A stretch of 64,000 bases of DNA, from IMG/VR virus record IMGVR_UViG_3300045988_100207; one strand, 5' to 3'. A program made the translations under genes and the position numbers. Origin of the DNA: a virus. The notes beneath the pieces were generated by a model. The model was given only the letters and a program-made list of their open reading frames with translations. It was not told the DNA's origin and did no database searches. Positions 1 to 8,574 of this stretch are shown here, piece by piece. Each line of letters starts with the position of its first letter. The first letter of the stretch is position 1.

Positions 1-73
1 TTGCATCGTAATTAAGAAATAAAGGTTACTAATTAAAAATGGTGAGACACACCACAAAAACTGTAATAAGAAA

Positions 74-448
74 ATGAAAAAGTTTTTTGAAAACTTATCT
101 GAAAAGTTTAATGATGCGGCTTTTGAGGCGCAGCTTGATGATTTTACTTGCGAGTTTGATGCTATTAACAAACCTGCTGAAATCGTGGTGTCCGTTAAGA
201 GTAGAAAGGTTATCCATTCATATGGAAATATTTCTTCTTATCCATATTACAATGTAGATAAGATTAATATCTATAATGAAGACGGAGAAGACGTGTCTTC
301 AAAATATCCTTTGTTCTGCCAAAGAGTTAAGGATTGCGTGCCTTCTTATAAAGATGTAGAGAATGACTTGATGGAGGCAAATATGAGCGATACCGAGCTT
401 TATTTCGGCTCAGAGGATAATTATTTGCATTACAAGTACGGTAACTAA
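74..448 (+). CDS. hypothetical protein (small early-region ORF)
   Basis: 124-aa ATG ORF from track; first of a tightly packed same-strand array; no recognisable motif. Confidence 0.5.
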   Translation: MKKFFENLSEKFNDAAFEAQLDDFTCEFDAINKPAEIVVSVKSRKVIHSYGNISSYPYYNVDKINIYNEDGEDVSSKYPLFCQRVKDCVPSYKDVENDLMEANMSDTELYFGSEDNYLHYKYGN

Positions 449-606
449 ATGGTTTGGATATGGAGTACGAAAATAAGTTTGTAGGTCTTTCATCTGTAAT
501 GAGTCACGACCTTGAAATATTAAGGTATGAACTAGAGTATGGATGGAAATTGGCTCTTATACCAAATGATGTGTGGTACAACTAATTACTTTTAAAATTT
601 CAAATT

Positions 607-846
607 ATGGCAGAATATAAAGTTGAAGTAGATTTGTCGGACTTGTTCGATGATATGACCATCAACGAACAGAAGAACTTTTTAGTAGAAAAGTTCAGTT
701 CCTTACCTATAAACAAGATGGTTGAAGTAGCTGGAGAAATACTGGATAACCTTAATGGCGACCAAGTAGCTAAAGTTATAGAAGACGCTTTCGATAACTT
801 GCATGAGCAAGGTCAAGAGCAAGTAATCAACTATGTGAACGAATAA
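607..846 (+). CDS. hypothetical acidic protein
   Basis: 79-aa ORF, D/E-rich; no recognisable motif. Confidence 0.5.
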   Translation: MAEYKVEVDLSDLFDDMTINEQKNFLVEKFSSLPINKMVEVAGEILDNLNGDQVAKVIEDAFDNLHEQGQEQVINYVNE

Positions 847-850
847 GGCT

Positions 851-1051
851 ATGATGTCCGATAAACAATATAGAGTTGCTCGCAAGGGTGTTGTCGAGCA
901 ACTTAAATTAGCTCAGAGACTTCATTGCAAGCACATGGAGCAGAAGTATAAAGTGGCTTTGGAGAAGTTAGAGAAACGCTTCTTAAAGCCGGATGCAGTG
1001 GGATGCTTCGATTTGGGCGCAAGGGTATCAAATAGTTATTATCATCTTTAA
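851..1051 (+). CDS. hypothetical protein
   Basis: 66-aa ORF starting 4 nt after previous stop. Confidence 0.45.
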   Translation: MMSDKQYRVARKGVVEQLKLAQRLHCKHMEQKYKVALEKLEKRFLKPDAVGCFDLGARVSNSYYHL

Positions 1052-1219
1052 ATGGTTAAGGTTATGGAAAAGAAAGAATATTCTGTTGTCGAATTTATTC
1101 AATATCTCAAAGATAAGCCATATATTGAGCTTTATAAAGCTGCTCGTTTAGCTGAGATTTATATGAGAAGAGAAATGAGAGTATTGCGATATTCCCCGTT
1201 TTATTTAGATAGAGAATAA
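1052..1219 (+). CDS. hypothetical protein (55 aa, below track cutoff)
   Basis: Read by eye: ATG abuts previous stop (TAAATG); alternative ATG at 1064 in AAGGTTATGG context; stop TAA 1217-1219. Confidence 0.4.
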   Translation: MVKVMEKKEYSVVEFIQYLKDKPYIELYKAARLAEIYMRREMRVLRYSPFYLDRE

Positions 1220-1244
1220 ATGTATAAAGTATAAAATAAAGGTT

Positions 1245-1496
1245 ATGGCTACAGCAAATTTTGAAATTGGAAATAAAGAGTTTGAGGTACGTTTCATACG
1301 AGAATCAGGTTATCCTCCAACAAAGAATGAACGTGGTTCTTCATTGGTTGAGTATGATGTAACTACATACAAAGATAATCAGCCAATGATAAAGAAGTTC
1401 AATCAAAAGAGGCGTGTTTATTTTGACCTTGAAGGTAATGTTTATAAGGATAAGCAGAGCAACAAGGTATGGTTCAATCTATATAAAGCAAGCTAA
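1245..1496 (+). CDS. hypothetical protein
   Basis: 83-aa ORF; ATG in AAGGTTATGG start context. Confidence 0.5.
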   Translation: MATANFEIGNKEFEVRFIRESGYPPTKNERGSSLVEYDVTTYKDNQPMIKKFNQKRRVYFDLEGNVYKDKQSNKVWFNLYKAS

Positions 1497-1780
1497 TGGT
1501 TATGGGAACAAAAGTAGAAGTAAGAACTATTCCTTTGCATGGATTGTTCATCCATCGCAAGCAGGTTTGGCGTTCACTCGGTAAGCTGAGAGCAGAAAGC
1601 CATTCTACGACAGCGCAAAAGGTGTTTATGAATGAGCATGATACCGAGGTATCAACTGAGAATGCTGATTTCATTGATGGCTTGAAAGTCACTCCTTATG
1701 ATGGGGAGTTGCCAAAAATATCAAAAAACGTTGGTAGTATGAGTTACTACCAGTATTGTTTAACGCAAAAATTGGTTTAG
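1496..1780 (+). CDS. hypothetical protein
   Basis: 94-aa ORF; ATG overlaps previous stop (TAATG); alternative ATG at 1502. Confidence 0.4.
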   Translation: MVMGTKVEVRTIPLHGLFIHRKQVWRSLGKLRAESHSTTAQKVFMNEHDTEVSTENADFIDGLKVTPYDGELPKISKNVGSMSYYQYCLTQKLV

Positions 1781-1782
1781 TT

Positions 1783-2466
1783 ATGGAAACTGAGATTAAT
1801 ATAGTGGAAATCCTAAAGGATAAGCCAGCAAATACGAAGCTATATTCTCCTTTGTTTAGTGAAGTATTTTTTTCGCATGTAAGTGGCGGTTATATAGCTG
1901 TGGAACATCATGGAGGAACATCACTATTCTTAAGTAGTGGCAGATTCTATGATTACGATGGATCAGAGCCGTTATTATTCCCTTCTAAGGAAATGCGTGA
2001 TTGGAACAAATTTGCTTGGCAGAAGGGCGATATCTTGGTTAATGAGAATAATGCGCATATTATCTTCGAAAAGTTTACAGATGATACATATACAACCTTT
2101 ATAGGTAGACATTATCTTAATAAGAATTATAAAAATTATGTCCCAGGACGCTATACTTGTGTTACCCAACATTTTCATATTGAAGAAAGTAATGCTGCTC
2201 AAATCTATATATATAATATTGAGGAAAAAATTGGTGGCAAACTCGATCTTAAAACTTTGGAAATAGAAAAGCCTAAGTGTGAGTTTAAGACATTCGATAA
2301 AGTATTGGGGCGAAATGAGAAAGATGATGTATGGGAAGCTGACCTCTTTTCTCATTATAGAGAAGAATCACAATATCCTTTTCGGTGTATCGGATTTAGT
2401 CGTAAGTATTGTATTCCTTACGAAGGTAATGAACATCTTCTAGGCACAAGAAATAATCCTGAATAG
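1783..2466 (+). CDS. hypothetical protein (227 aa)
   Basis: Track ORF 1756-2466 trimmed to the ATG directly after the upstream stop (1780), in AGTTATGG context. Confidence 0.55.
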   Translation: METEINIVEILKDKPANTKLYSPLFSEVFFSHVSGGYIAVEHHGGTSLFLSSGRFYDYDGSEPLLFPSKEMRDWNKFAWQKGDILVNENNAHIIFEKFTDDTYTTFIGRHYLNKNYKNYVPGRYTCVTQHFHIEESNAAQIYIYNIEEKIGGKLDLKTLEIEKPKCEFKTFDKVLGRNEKDDVWEADLFSHYREESQYPFRCIGFSRKYCIPYEGNEHLLGTRNNPE

Positions 2467-2577
2467 TACAACCTCCACGACACAGAATGAGCGAAAGTAA
2501 GTTAAGGCTTTATGCCCATATACCTTCTTAGCCCCAGAACAATACTGGTCGTTGAGGTCACTATAAAACTTAAAAAT

Positions 2578-2940
2578 ATGATGGACGATAAGAAAATAGA
2601 AGAAGTTGCAAAAGTCTATATGATTGGTGAGTTTTATGATAGGGATGAAGCCGAATGGAATTATCCTATTACTAATGAAGAAAAACGTAATCAATGTATT
2701 ATAGATTTCAAGGCTGGTGCTAAGTGGGCTATCAATGAGTTCTTGAAGAATTTATGGCATCCTGCTAGTGAAGCACCAAAACGTAGATGCAACTATTTAT
2801 TGCTTCATTACAAAGACAAAGAAGAAGAATGTTTTGAAGCTGATGTCGTCGATACAAAGGCTTGGGATTGTTACATTAAAGGCTCATTAGTAGAATATAT
2901 CAATATTGATGATTTGTTCCCAAAAGGAGGTGAGCAATGA
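2578..2940 (+). CDS. hypothetical protein (120 aa)
   Basis: Track ORF 2512-2940 trimmed to internal ATG (MMDDKKIEE); upstream part looks non-coding. Confidence 0.5.
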   Translation: MMDDKKIEEVAKVYMIGEFYDRDEAEWNYPITNEEKRNQCIIDFKAGAKWAINEFLKNLWHPASEAPKRRCNYLLLHYKDKEEECFEADVVDTKAWDCYIKGSLVEYINIDDLFPKGGEQ

Positions 2941-3179
2941 AAGAGCTTAAAGTTGGAGAATATTTTAATTACTGTGGCAAAAAATACATTGTTGTTGAAG
3001 ATGCCACAGGAAATTGTTGGAATTGTGCGTTTGGGTGTTCCCATGGATGGTGCGCTAATAATACGCTGAAGTGTAAAAATCATAATTGGAACGCTTTGAA
3101 TAATCGACTATATTGGGAATGGACAATAAGAGAACGTTCTGATAATAAGTGTGTAATCTTTAAAGAAGTTAAGGAGTAA
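2937..3179 (+). CDS. Cys-rich small protein
   Basis: 80 aa; ATGA overlap with upstream ORF; AGGAGG 7 nt upstream; cluster CWNCAFGCSHGWCANNTLKCKNH suggests metal binding. Confidence 0.5.
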   Translation: MKELKVGEYFNYCGKKYIVVEDATGNCWNCAFGCSHGWCANNTLKCKNHNWNALNNRLYWEWTIRERSDNKCVIFKEVKE

Positions 3180-3184
3180 AGCGT

Positions 3185-3331
3185 ATGGGCGAAGTAAAAA
3201 ATGAAATTCTAGGAATTGCTTTCTGGATATTTTTAACGGTTTATTTTTTAATTTGTAGCGTTATAGCAGCATATCTATGTGGTTATTTCTCACCAGATTG
3301 GTATAAAAGATATAAGAAACTTAAAAAATAA
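3185..3331 (+). CDS. small membrane protein (48 aa)
   Basis: Read by eye; preceded by TAAAGCGTATG junction; one hydrophobic helix (ILGIAFWIFLTVYFLICSVIAAYLCGYF). Confidence 0.4.
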   Translation: MGEVKNEILGIAFWIFLTVYFLICSVIAAYLCGYFSPDWYKRYKKLKK

Positions 3332-3336
3332 AGCGT

Positions 3337-3489
3337 ATGTATTATGAATATAGAATAGTCAAGATTGAGAAAGGTTTGTTTCTCATCGAGTATAAGACCG
3401 GTCCTTATGGAGTTTGGCATGAAGTGAAAGATAAGAAGTTTAAGACTAAGCCAAAGGCTGAAGCTTGGGCTAGAAAGAACTTAGTTTAA
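3337..3489 (+). CDS. hypothetical protein (50 aa)
   Basis: Read by eye; preceded by identical TAAAGCGTATG junction. Confidence 0.4.
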   Translation: MYYEYRIVKIEKGLFLIEYKTGPYGVWHEVKDKKFKTKPKAEAWARKNLV

Positions 3490-3502
3490 TGAAGTAAAGC
3501 GT

Positions 3503-3907
3503 ATGGAAAAGTTAGAATATATTCCAGGAGATTTGATATTTGCCAGTGGAAAATTATGCAAAGTTGTAGACTATAGATTTGCGGATTCTGATTTAATTAA
3601 AGTCAGCGAATATGTACATGGTAGCTTCGGTAACAATGTATATATAATATCAAAAAGTCAAGAGGTGTATGGGATTCCTTTAACAGAGAAAATCCTTAAA
3701 GCAAATGATAAAATAATACATTATCTACAACCATACAATATATACATGATTGGTTGGGTAAGTTTGCATCCAGACATTGATGATTATAAAAACAGAATTT
3801 TTGTTGTGTGCGCAAATGGAGAAAAGATAATGCCACCTATCCAATTTGTTCATCAACTCCAGCACCTTCTCTTTGGGCTAGGACTTAACTCAGAAATGGA
3901 GGTGTAG
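3503..3907 (+). CDS. hypothetical protein
   Basis: 134-aa ORF; third copy of TAAAGCGTATG junction at its start. Confidence 0.55.
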   Translation: MEKLEYIPGDLIFASGKLCKVVDYRFADSDLIKVSEYVHGSFGNNVYIISKSQEVYGIPLTEKILKANDKIIHYLQPYNIYMIGWVSLHPDIDDYKNRIFVVCANGEKIMPPIQFVHQLQHLLFGLGLNSEMEV

Positions 3908-3908
3908 T

Positions 3909-4058
3909 ATGGAAGCATTCACAAACAATACTCAGGTTCTTTATTCTAGAGTGAAGAATGTGATATATAAATTAGCTGAAGAGAAGCCTTTTGGGACACC
4001 ACTTACCCATGGTGAGGTAATCGTTGCTCTTGAAGCTATTATAAAGCAGTTAAGCTAA
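3909..4058 (+). CDS. hypothetical protein (49 aa)
   Basis: Read by eye; ATG 2 nt after previous stop. Confidence 0.35.
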   Translation: MEAFTNNTQVLYSRVKNVIYKLAEEKPFGTPLTHGEVIVALEAIIKQLS

Positions 4059-4084
4059 CCGCCTTCTGGCATAAAAGATAGAAT

Positions 4085-4237
4085 ATGACAGTAGAAGAAT
4101 TGATTAACGAATTATCAAAGATTGAGGATAAGACTATGGAAGTCTGCTTCCCATATTCTCATGGTACACAAGAGAATGGGAACCCCATGAATGTTGATAG
4201 TGTATCAGTATTTGATGATTGTGTTGTGATTTATTAA
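4085..4237 (+). CDS. hypothetical protein (50 aa)
   Basis: Read by eye; followed by TTAACCATCC motif. Confidence 0.35.
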   Translation: MTVEELINELSKIEDKTMEVCFPYSHGTQENGNPMNVDSVSVFDDCVVIY

Positions 4238-4268
4238 CCATCCTGCAAAGGATATAAATAGATAGATT

Positions 4269-4436
4269 ATGAGTAATAGACATTCGTATGAAAGATACGA
4301 AATACCAGATATTAAAGGTCGCAAACATACAGTAGTTCTTTTTTCCGAAAATATAAGTGTGGTTCGGAACGGAATTCCTAGTACTACAATGGGATTTGTA
4401 GCTATTGATTTAGATGCAAATACTTATAAAGATTAA
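4269..4436 (+). CDS. hypothetical protein (55 aa)
   Basis: Read by eye; followed by second TTAACCATCC motif. Confidence 0.35.
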   Translation: MSNRHSYERYEIPDIKGRKHTVVLFSENISVVRNGIPSTTMGFVAIDLDANTYKD

Positions 4437-4467
4437 CCATCCCTTATGGGATTAAATATAAGTAATT

Positions 4468-4869
4468 ATGAAAAAGTATATTGGTACAAAGGTCATAAAG
4501 GCAGAACCTATGACTGTTACAGAAGCACAGAAAGTGCTAGGTAGAGAAATTAAGCCAGCAACCGTTGAGGAAGATGGCTACTTAGTAGAGTACAAGGACG
4601 GATATAAGTCTTGGTCTCCTAAGAGTGTGTTTGATGAAACTTACAAACCAGCCGAGACTTTTTTGGATAGACTAGCTGTAGAACAACAAGAACTGACAGA
4701 AAAGGTTGATAAGTTACGTAAATTCTTATCATTAGAGGACGCTCAAATGAAAGTGGGAAGTTTCCAGTTTGTAAGAATGACAGAACAGCTTGAAGCTATG
4801 GAAAAATACCTCAATATTCTAACTAGAAGAATTGAGGATTTAAAAGATGAAGGTACTACATGCAATTAA
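4468..4869 (+). CDS. hypothetical phage protein with C-terminal helical domain
   Basis: 133 aa; N-terminal GTKVIKAEPMT...GYLVEYKDGYKSWSPK, C-terminal coiled helical half; pattern resembles widespread small phage proteins (from memory, unverified). Confidence 0.55.
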   Translation: MKKYIGTKVIKAEPMTVTEAQKVLGREIKPATVEEDGYLVEYKDGYKSWSPKSVFDETYKPAETFLDRLAVEQQELTEKVDKLRKFLSLEDAQMKVGSFQFVRMTEQLEAMEKYLNILTRRIEDLKDEGTTCN

Positions 4870-4930
4870 CAGAGTAACTAACCACCCTCTCCTGTAAAAG
4901 GGAGAGGGTAAAAAAGAATAGAATATAGTT

Positions 4931-5089
4931 ATGACTTTAATGAATTTACAGAAAGAAATTGTTTCTATGATTGCTAAGTGTGGTTCAGAAACTCTTGTTG
5001 TTAGAACAGACAGCCAGAGTTGGATAAGAGATATAAAATGTCTAAAGCACGCTAATATTGATGGTAGAGAAATGGTAATCATTGATTGA
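4931..5089 (+). CDS. hypothetical protein (52 aa)
   Basis: Read by eye; ATG ORF filling gap in the same-strand array. Confidence 0.35.
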   Translation: MTLMNLQKEIVSMIAKCGSETLVVRTDSQSWIRDIKCLKHANIDGREMVIID

Positions 5090-5220
5090 GGAGGAATAGA
5101 TATGGATTTAGCAATATGTTTTGTGGCATTTGTTCTTATTGGAATAATGGTAAGTATTGACAATATAGCCAAAGAGCTTTCGAAAATAAGAAAAATATTA
5201 GAAGAAAAGGAGGAATAGTT

Positions 5221-5382
5221 ATGGCACAAGAAGGATGGATATGCCCTAGATGTGGAAAGGTAAACGCACCTTGGGTAATGCAATGTTCCTGCAATACGAA
5301 CACTCAGATATTACCTAAAGTCGGTGCTCCTTACTATGAAGGAGACCAAGCAACATGTAATCATATGGAGGATAAGCAATGA
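5221..5382 (+). CDS. zinc-ribbon-like small protein (53 aa)
   Basis: Read by eye; CPRCG...CSC pattern; AGGAGG upstream. Confidence 0.4.
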   Translation: MAQEGWICPRCGKVNAPWVMQCSCNTNTQILPKVGAPYYEGDQATCNHMEDKQ

Positions 5383-5623
5383 GTAAAGTAACTGCAATTA
5401 ATATAATTATTAAAAAGAAGAATCAATTAAGAAAGCATAAAGAGAGATATATTTCTTACATTAATATTGATGAAGTTCTTGTGTGGTTGAACGACATTCA
5501 AAAAGAGTTGGAGGACTAAGTTATGAACAGAAATCAAGCTAAAGAATTTTATCCTATCCTGCAAGCATTTGCAGAAGTTTGTTATCTTGTTCCAGAGAGT
5601 GAATTTGAAAAAGAAGAATTAGT

Positions 5624-5995
5624 ATGAAAAGAAATATCAAGTTTAAGGCTAAGAAACTTAATTCATGTGAATGGGTTGAAGGTGATTTAGTGCATATTGG
5701 AAATAGGGTATGCATAGGTGGAGACCACCTAAAAGATGGAATAACAGACGTTGACCCTTCTACCGTCTGCCAATTCACAGGGCTAAAAGACTGCAAAGGC
5801 AATGAAATTTGGGAAGGCGATATGATAAAAAGCCCACATCTTGGAAACGTAGCCATAGTAGAATGGGATGATTCTTTATGCGGTTTTAAATGTGTAGATG
5901 ATACTGGACGTATTAATTATTCTCTTAGAGCTATCGTTGAAAGCTCTGGGTGGTCTTTTATTGTCAATAAGTTTGATAGGAGAAGTAGCGTATGA
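5624..5995 (+). CDS. yopX: YopX-family protein
   Basis: KFKAK...W(V)EGDL...VCQFTGLKDCKGNEIWEGD matches the YopX signature (TxxQxTGLKDxxGxxIYEGD). Confidence 0.75.
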   Translation: MKRNIKFKAKKLNSCEWVEGDLVHIGNRVCIGGDHLKDGITDVDPSTVCQFTGLKDCKGNEIWEGDMIKSPHLGNVAIVEWDDSLCGFKCVDDTGRINYSLRAIVESSGWSFIVNKFDRRSSV

Positions 5996-6321
5996 AGATT
6001 AGATTGGCTAAGAAGATTTTGAAAATAATGAGAAGAAGTACGGATGCACGTTACTTCGATTCAGAATGTTCAATTAAGGAAGATAGTAGATTCTTACCTA
6101 GATTAAAGTATCTCTATAAGAAAGCGACTATCAGATGGAATAAAGCAAATTGGCCAAGTGTTAACGAAAGTTTGTTTCGTGCAATTTTGAGAAATTCAAA
6201 GGAGTGTGGTCGTTGTAAGCATTATAAAGGTAATGAGTTTATCGGCAGATGTATCAAACTTCATAATGATGTTGAAAGCAGCGACTGGTGTAGTGGAACA
6301 TTTTTTGTTAAAAATAAGTAG
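5992..6321 (+). CDS. small basic protein, MKxRLAKK family, Cys-rich C terminus
   Basis: 109 aa; ATGA overlap with yopX; N terminus MKIRLAKKIL shared with 62222, 63364 and 63512 ORFs; CGRCKH...C...C. Confidence 0.55.
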   Translation: MKIRLAKKILKIMRRSTDARYFDSECSIKEDSRFLPRLKYLYKKATIRWNKANWPSVNESLFRAILRNSKECGRCKHYKGNEFIGRCIKLHNDVESSDWCSGTFFVKNK

Positions 6322-6324
6322 CGT

Positions 6325-6792
6325 ATGAAAAAAAGAATATTAGATATGTGTTGCGGATCTCGTATGTTTTATTTCGACAAGCAGGACCCACAGGTACTTT
6401 TTACCGACATAAGAGAATATCACGACACATTATGTGATGGACGCAAATTAGACGTACAACCCGATATGATAGCCGATTGCACTAATTTGCCATTCGAAGA
6501 TGAGACATTTAATATGGTAGTTTTCGACCATCCTCATCTGTTAAAGGTAGGACAGAACTCTTGGTTATGCAAGAAATATGGTAAGCTGCCCGAAAATTGG
6601 CAAGCATTCATCAACGATTCTATCCATGAGGGCATGAGGGTGCTGAAAACAAACGGAACGCTCATTTTCAAGTGGAACGAGCAGCAGATAAAGGTTAGTG
6701 ATGTGCTAAAGGCTATCACCGATTACAAACCTATATTCGGGCACCGTACCACCATCAAGAACCAAACTATTTGGATGGCATTCATGAAATAA
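6325..6792 (+). CDS. SAM-dependent methyltransferase (possibly DNA MTase)
   Basis: Motif I-like ILDMCCGSR, acidic loop, NLPFEDETFNMVVFDHPH (DPPY-like motif IV variant DHPH). Confidence 0.6.
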   Translation: MKKRILDMCCGSRMFYFDKQDPQVLFTDIREYHDTLCDGRKLDVQPDMIADCTNLPFEDETFNMVVFDHPHLLKVGQNSWLCKKYGKLPENWQAFINDSIHEGMRVLKTNGTLIFKWNEQQIKVSDVLKAITDYKPIFGHRTTIKNQTIWMAFMK

Positions 6793-6803
6793 ATAACCCA
6801 CAA

Positions 6804-6843
6804 TCCCCACCCAGCTATCACAGCCGAGTGGGGATTTCTTTTT
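6804..6843 (+). terminator. rho-independent terminator closing the left + array
   Basis: TCCCCAC (6804-6810) pairs with GTGGGGA (6828-6834), followed by TTTCTTTTT. Confidence 0.6.
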
Positions 6844-6905
6844 GCAATGAAACAATCTACTTAAAACCTAATTAATACAACTAACTAAAAATAAAAAAGT
6901 AAAAT

Positions 6906-7217
6906 CTATACCAATCTATCTACATATTTATCTAAATCTTTTTCGTACCAAACCAGCTCGGTCCATCCTTTCCGCTTTTTACCCTTTGGCAGCCTGCCTT
7001 CTTTCACAAGGCGGTCAAAGGTAGCCCTAGAAACATGAACATAGCCGCATGCCTCAGCCTTGCTGATGGGCTCGTCTTTGTTGGCGATGCGGTGCAGAAA
7101 ATCTAACATGAAAGCATTTTGCTGTTTGTTAGTTAAGCATCTTCCGCTCTGAATCCGCTCATGAAATTCCATCAGGAGCGAATCAATCATCTGCAGTTCT
7201 TCGCTAATCTTCGCCAT
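6906..7217 (-). CDS. HTH DNA-binding protein (excisionase/MerR-like HTH_17 type)
   Basis: ISKAEACGYVHVSRATFDRLVKEGRLPKGKK...W...DLDKY pattern. Confidence 0.6.
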   Translation of the reverse strand: MAKISEELQMIDSLLMEFHERIQSGRCLTNKQQNAFMLDFLHRIANKDEPISKAEACGYVHVSRATFDRLVKEGRLPKGKKRKGWTELVWYEKDLDKYVDRLV

Positions 7218-7220
7218 AAG

Positions 7221-7661
7221 CTAGCACTTTTTGTTTCTGTACCAGAGAGTAAACCCAATCGCGCAAGCCGCCAGTATGAACAGAAAGGCGATATAGCATC
7301 TGCCCAGCGACATCAGCCTTTGCTCGTTCTTCGTCAGTTGTCGCTCTATAGGATAAGGCACGGCGACAGAATCCGTCTTGATGATCGTGTCCGTCTTCAC
7401 CTTATATATATTATGATACCGGTCCCGGTAAACCACCTTGTTATGGAAAACCGTATCACCTTTCTGAAAAACATATACCGAATCCTTCATGTAGATACTA
7501 TCCAACTTAGCAAAAGTATCAGTTCTGCATACGTATTCAGTTCTAACAGAAGGAACCTTGATATACTCCTTCGTCTTGCATCCTGTAAATGACAATAGGA
7601 TAATTCCAATCATCAAGCCGATGCAAGCCCATTTCCAAAACCTTATGTCATACCATTTCAT
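7221..7661 (-). CDS. unimolecular spanin-like lipoprotein
   Basis: N-terminal signal with lipobox-like LSFTGC, C-terminal TM helix (IAFLFILAACAIGFTLWY); immediately downstream of the endolysin. Confidence 0.55.
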   Translation of the reverse strand: MKWYDIRFWKWACIGLMIGIILLSFTGCKTKEYIKVPSVRTEYVCRTDTFAKLDSIYMKDSVYVFQKGDTVFHNKVVYRDRYHNIYKVKTDTIIKTDSVAVPYPIERQLTKNEQRLMSLGRCYIAFLFILAACAIGFTLWYRNKKC

Positions 7662-7664
7662 AAG

Positions 7665-8108
7665 CTATATCTCTTTGTATTCAACTTTAGCTTCAAAGCA
7701 AGGGCACTCCTTGATTCTCTCCCAAGGATCCACTACGCCATTATGGTTCTTGTCGGGCGAAATATCCCTGTGCCCTAAGATTTCAGCATACGGATATTTC
7801 TTCTTCAGCTGAGTGAGCAGAGTGATAAGTGATTTCTTCTGTTCCTCAGTTCTGTTGTCTACCGCCTTTCCCTTCTTGTTGATGCCGCCAACGTAAGCCA
7901 CATTGATAGCCGTAGCATTATATCCCTTCACACCGTTGCTAACCATTTCTACCGGAAGCATCTGGTGAATCCCACCATCAGCAGTAATCACGTAATGATA
8001 CCCTGGGTTATTCCAGCCTTTGCGCTTAAACTCGTCCCAAAGTTCCTTCACGCCCCATTTCTGAGAAGAGGCAGTACAATGAACAAAAATTCTCTTGATC
8101 AGTCTCAT
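7665..8108 (-). CDS. N-acetylmuramoyl-L-alanine amidase endolysin (Amidase_2 / T7-lysozyme-like)
   Basis: FVHCTA...GYHYVITADG...NATAINVAYVGG...LGHRDI...CPCF: Zn ligands His/His/Cys in canonical order. Confidence 0.85.
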   Translation of the reverse strand: MRLIKRIFVHCTASSQKWGVKELWDEFKRKGWNNPGYHYVITADGGIHQMLPVEMVSNGVKGYNATAINVAYVGGINKKGKAVDNRTEEQKKSLITLLTQLKKKYPYAEILGHRDISPDKNHNGVVDPWERIKECPCFEAKVEYKEI

Positions 8109-8548
8109 TTCTTCTCCTCCTTTCCCTGCTCCTTCATAATCTCAGCAAAAGCCCTAGCCAAGTCTTCTTTGTTCTCCAGAAGAATGCTTACTGTCTTCTC
8201 CTGCTTCCGTATCTCAGCCTTCTGCCAGCTCTTCTCTCTTACGCTTACAAATTCACAGAACACGCAATAGCCTGCCCATATCATAGAGAAGACAGGGAAG
8301 GGGAGAACCGTACAGGCTATCAGGTCTATGCAGACCGTCACCATGAAGGGAGAGAAGTATTTCCTCGCCTTGTCGCAAGTCTTCTTGAATCCTGTACTTG
8401 TCGTAGCCAGTCCGTTCTCTTTCGCTTTCTTGATGCCGAAGAACAGGTCCACGCCCATAGAAATAATAAGAGCACCCATGCAGATGGCAATAACCAATGC
8501 CGATCTGTACAGGTGCTCTTGTAAAAATGTATGTACTATCTCTGCCAT
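8105..8548 (-). CDS. holin (phi LC3 / holin_4-like)
   Basis: TM helices, DLFFGIKKAKENGLATTSTGFKKT motif, charged C-terminal tail; ATGA overlap with the endolysin. Confidence 0.7.
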   Translation of the reverse strand: MAEIVHTFLQEHLYRSALVIAICMGALIISMGVDLFFGIKKAKENGLATTSTGFKKTCDKARKYFSPFMVTVCIDLIACTVLPFPVFSMIWAGYCVFCEFVSVREKSWQKAEIRKQEKTVSILLENKEDLARAFAEIMKEQGKEEKK

Positions 8549-8574
8549 ATACCATTATTATTGATTAATGGCTA

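Noticed and set aside
4884-4909. Hairpin ACCCTCTCC...GGAGAGGGT after ORF 4468-4869, considered as a terminator
   Set aside because: It is followed by an A-run rather than a T-run, and transcription clearly must continue into the downstream same-strand ORFs. It may be an RNA stability element but is not supported as a terminator.
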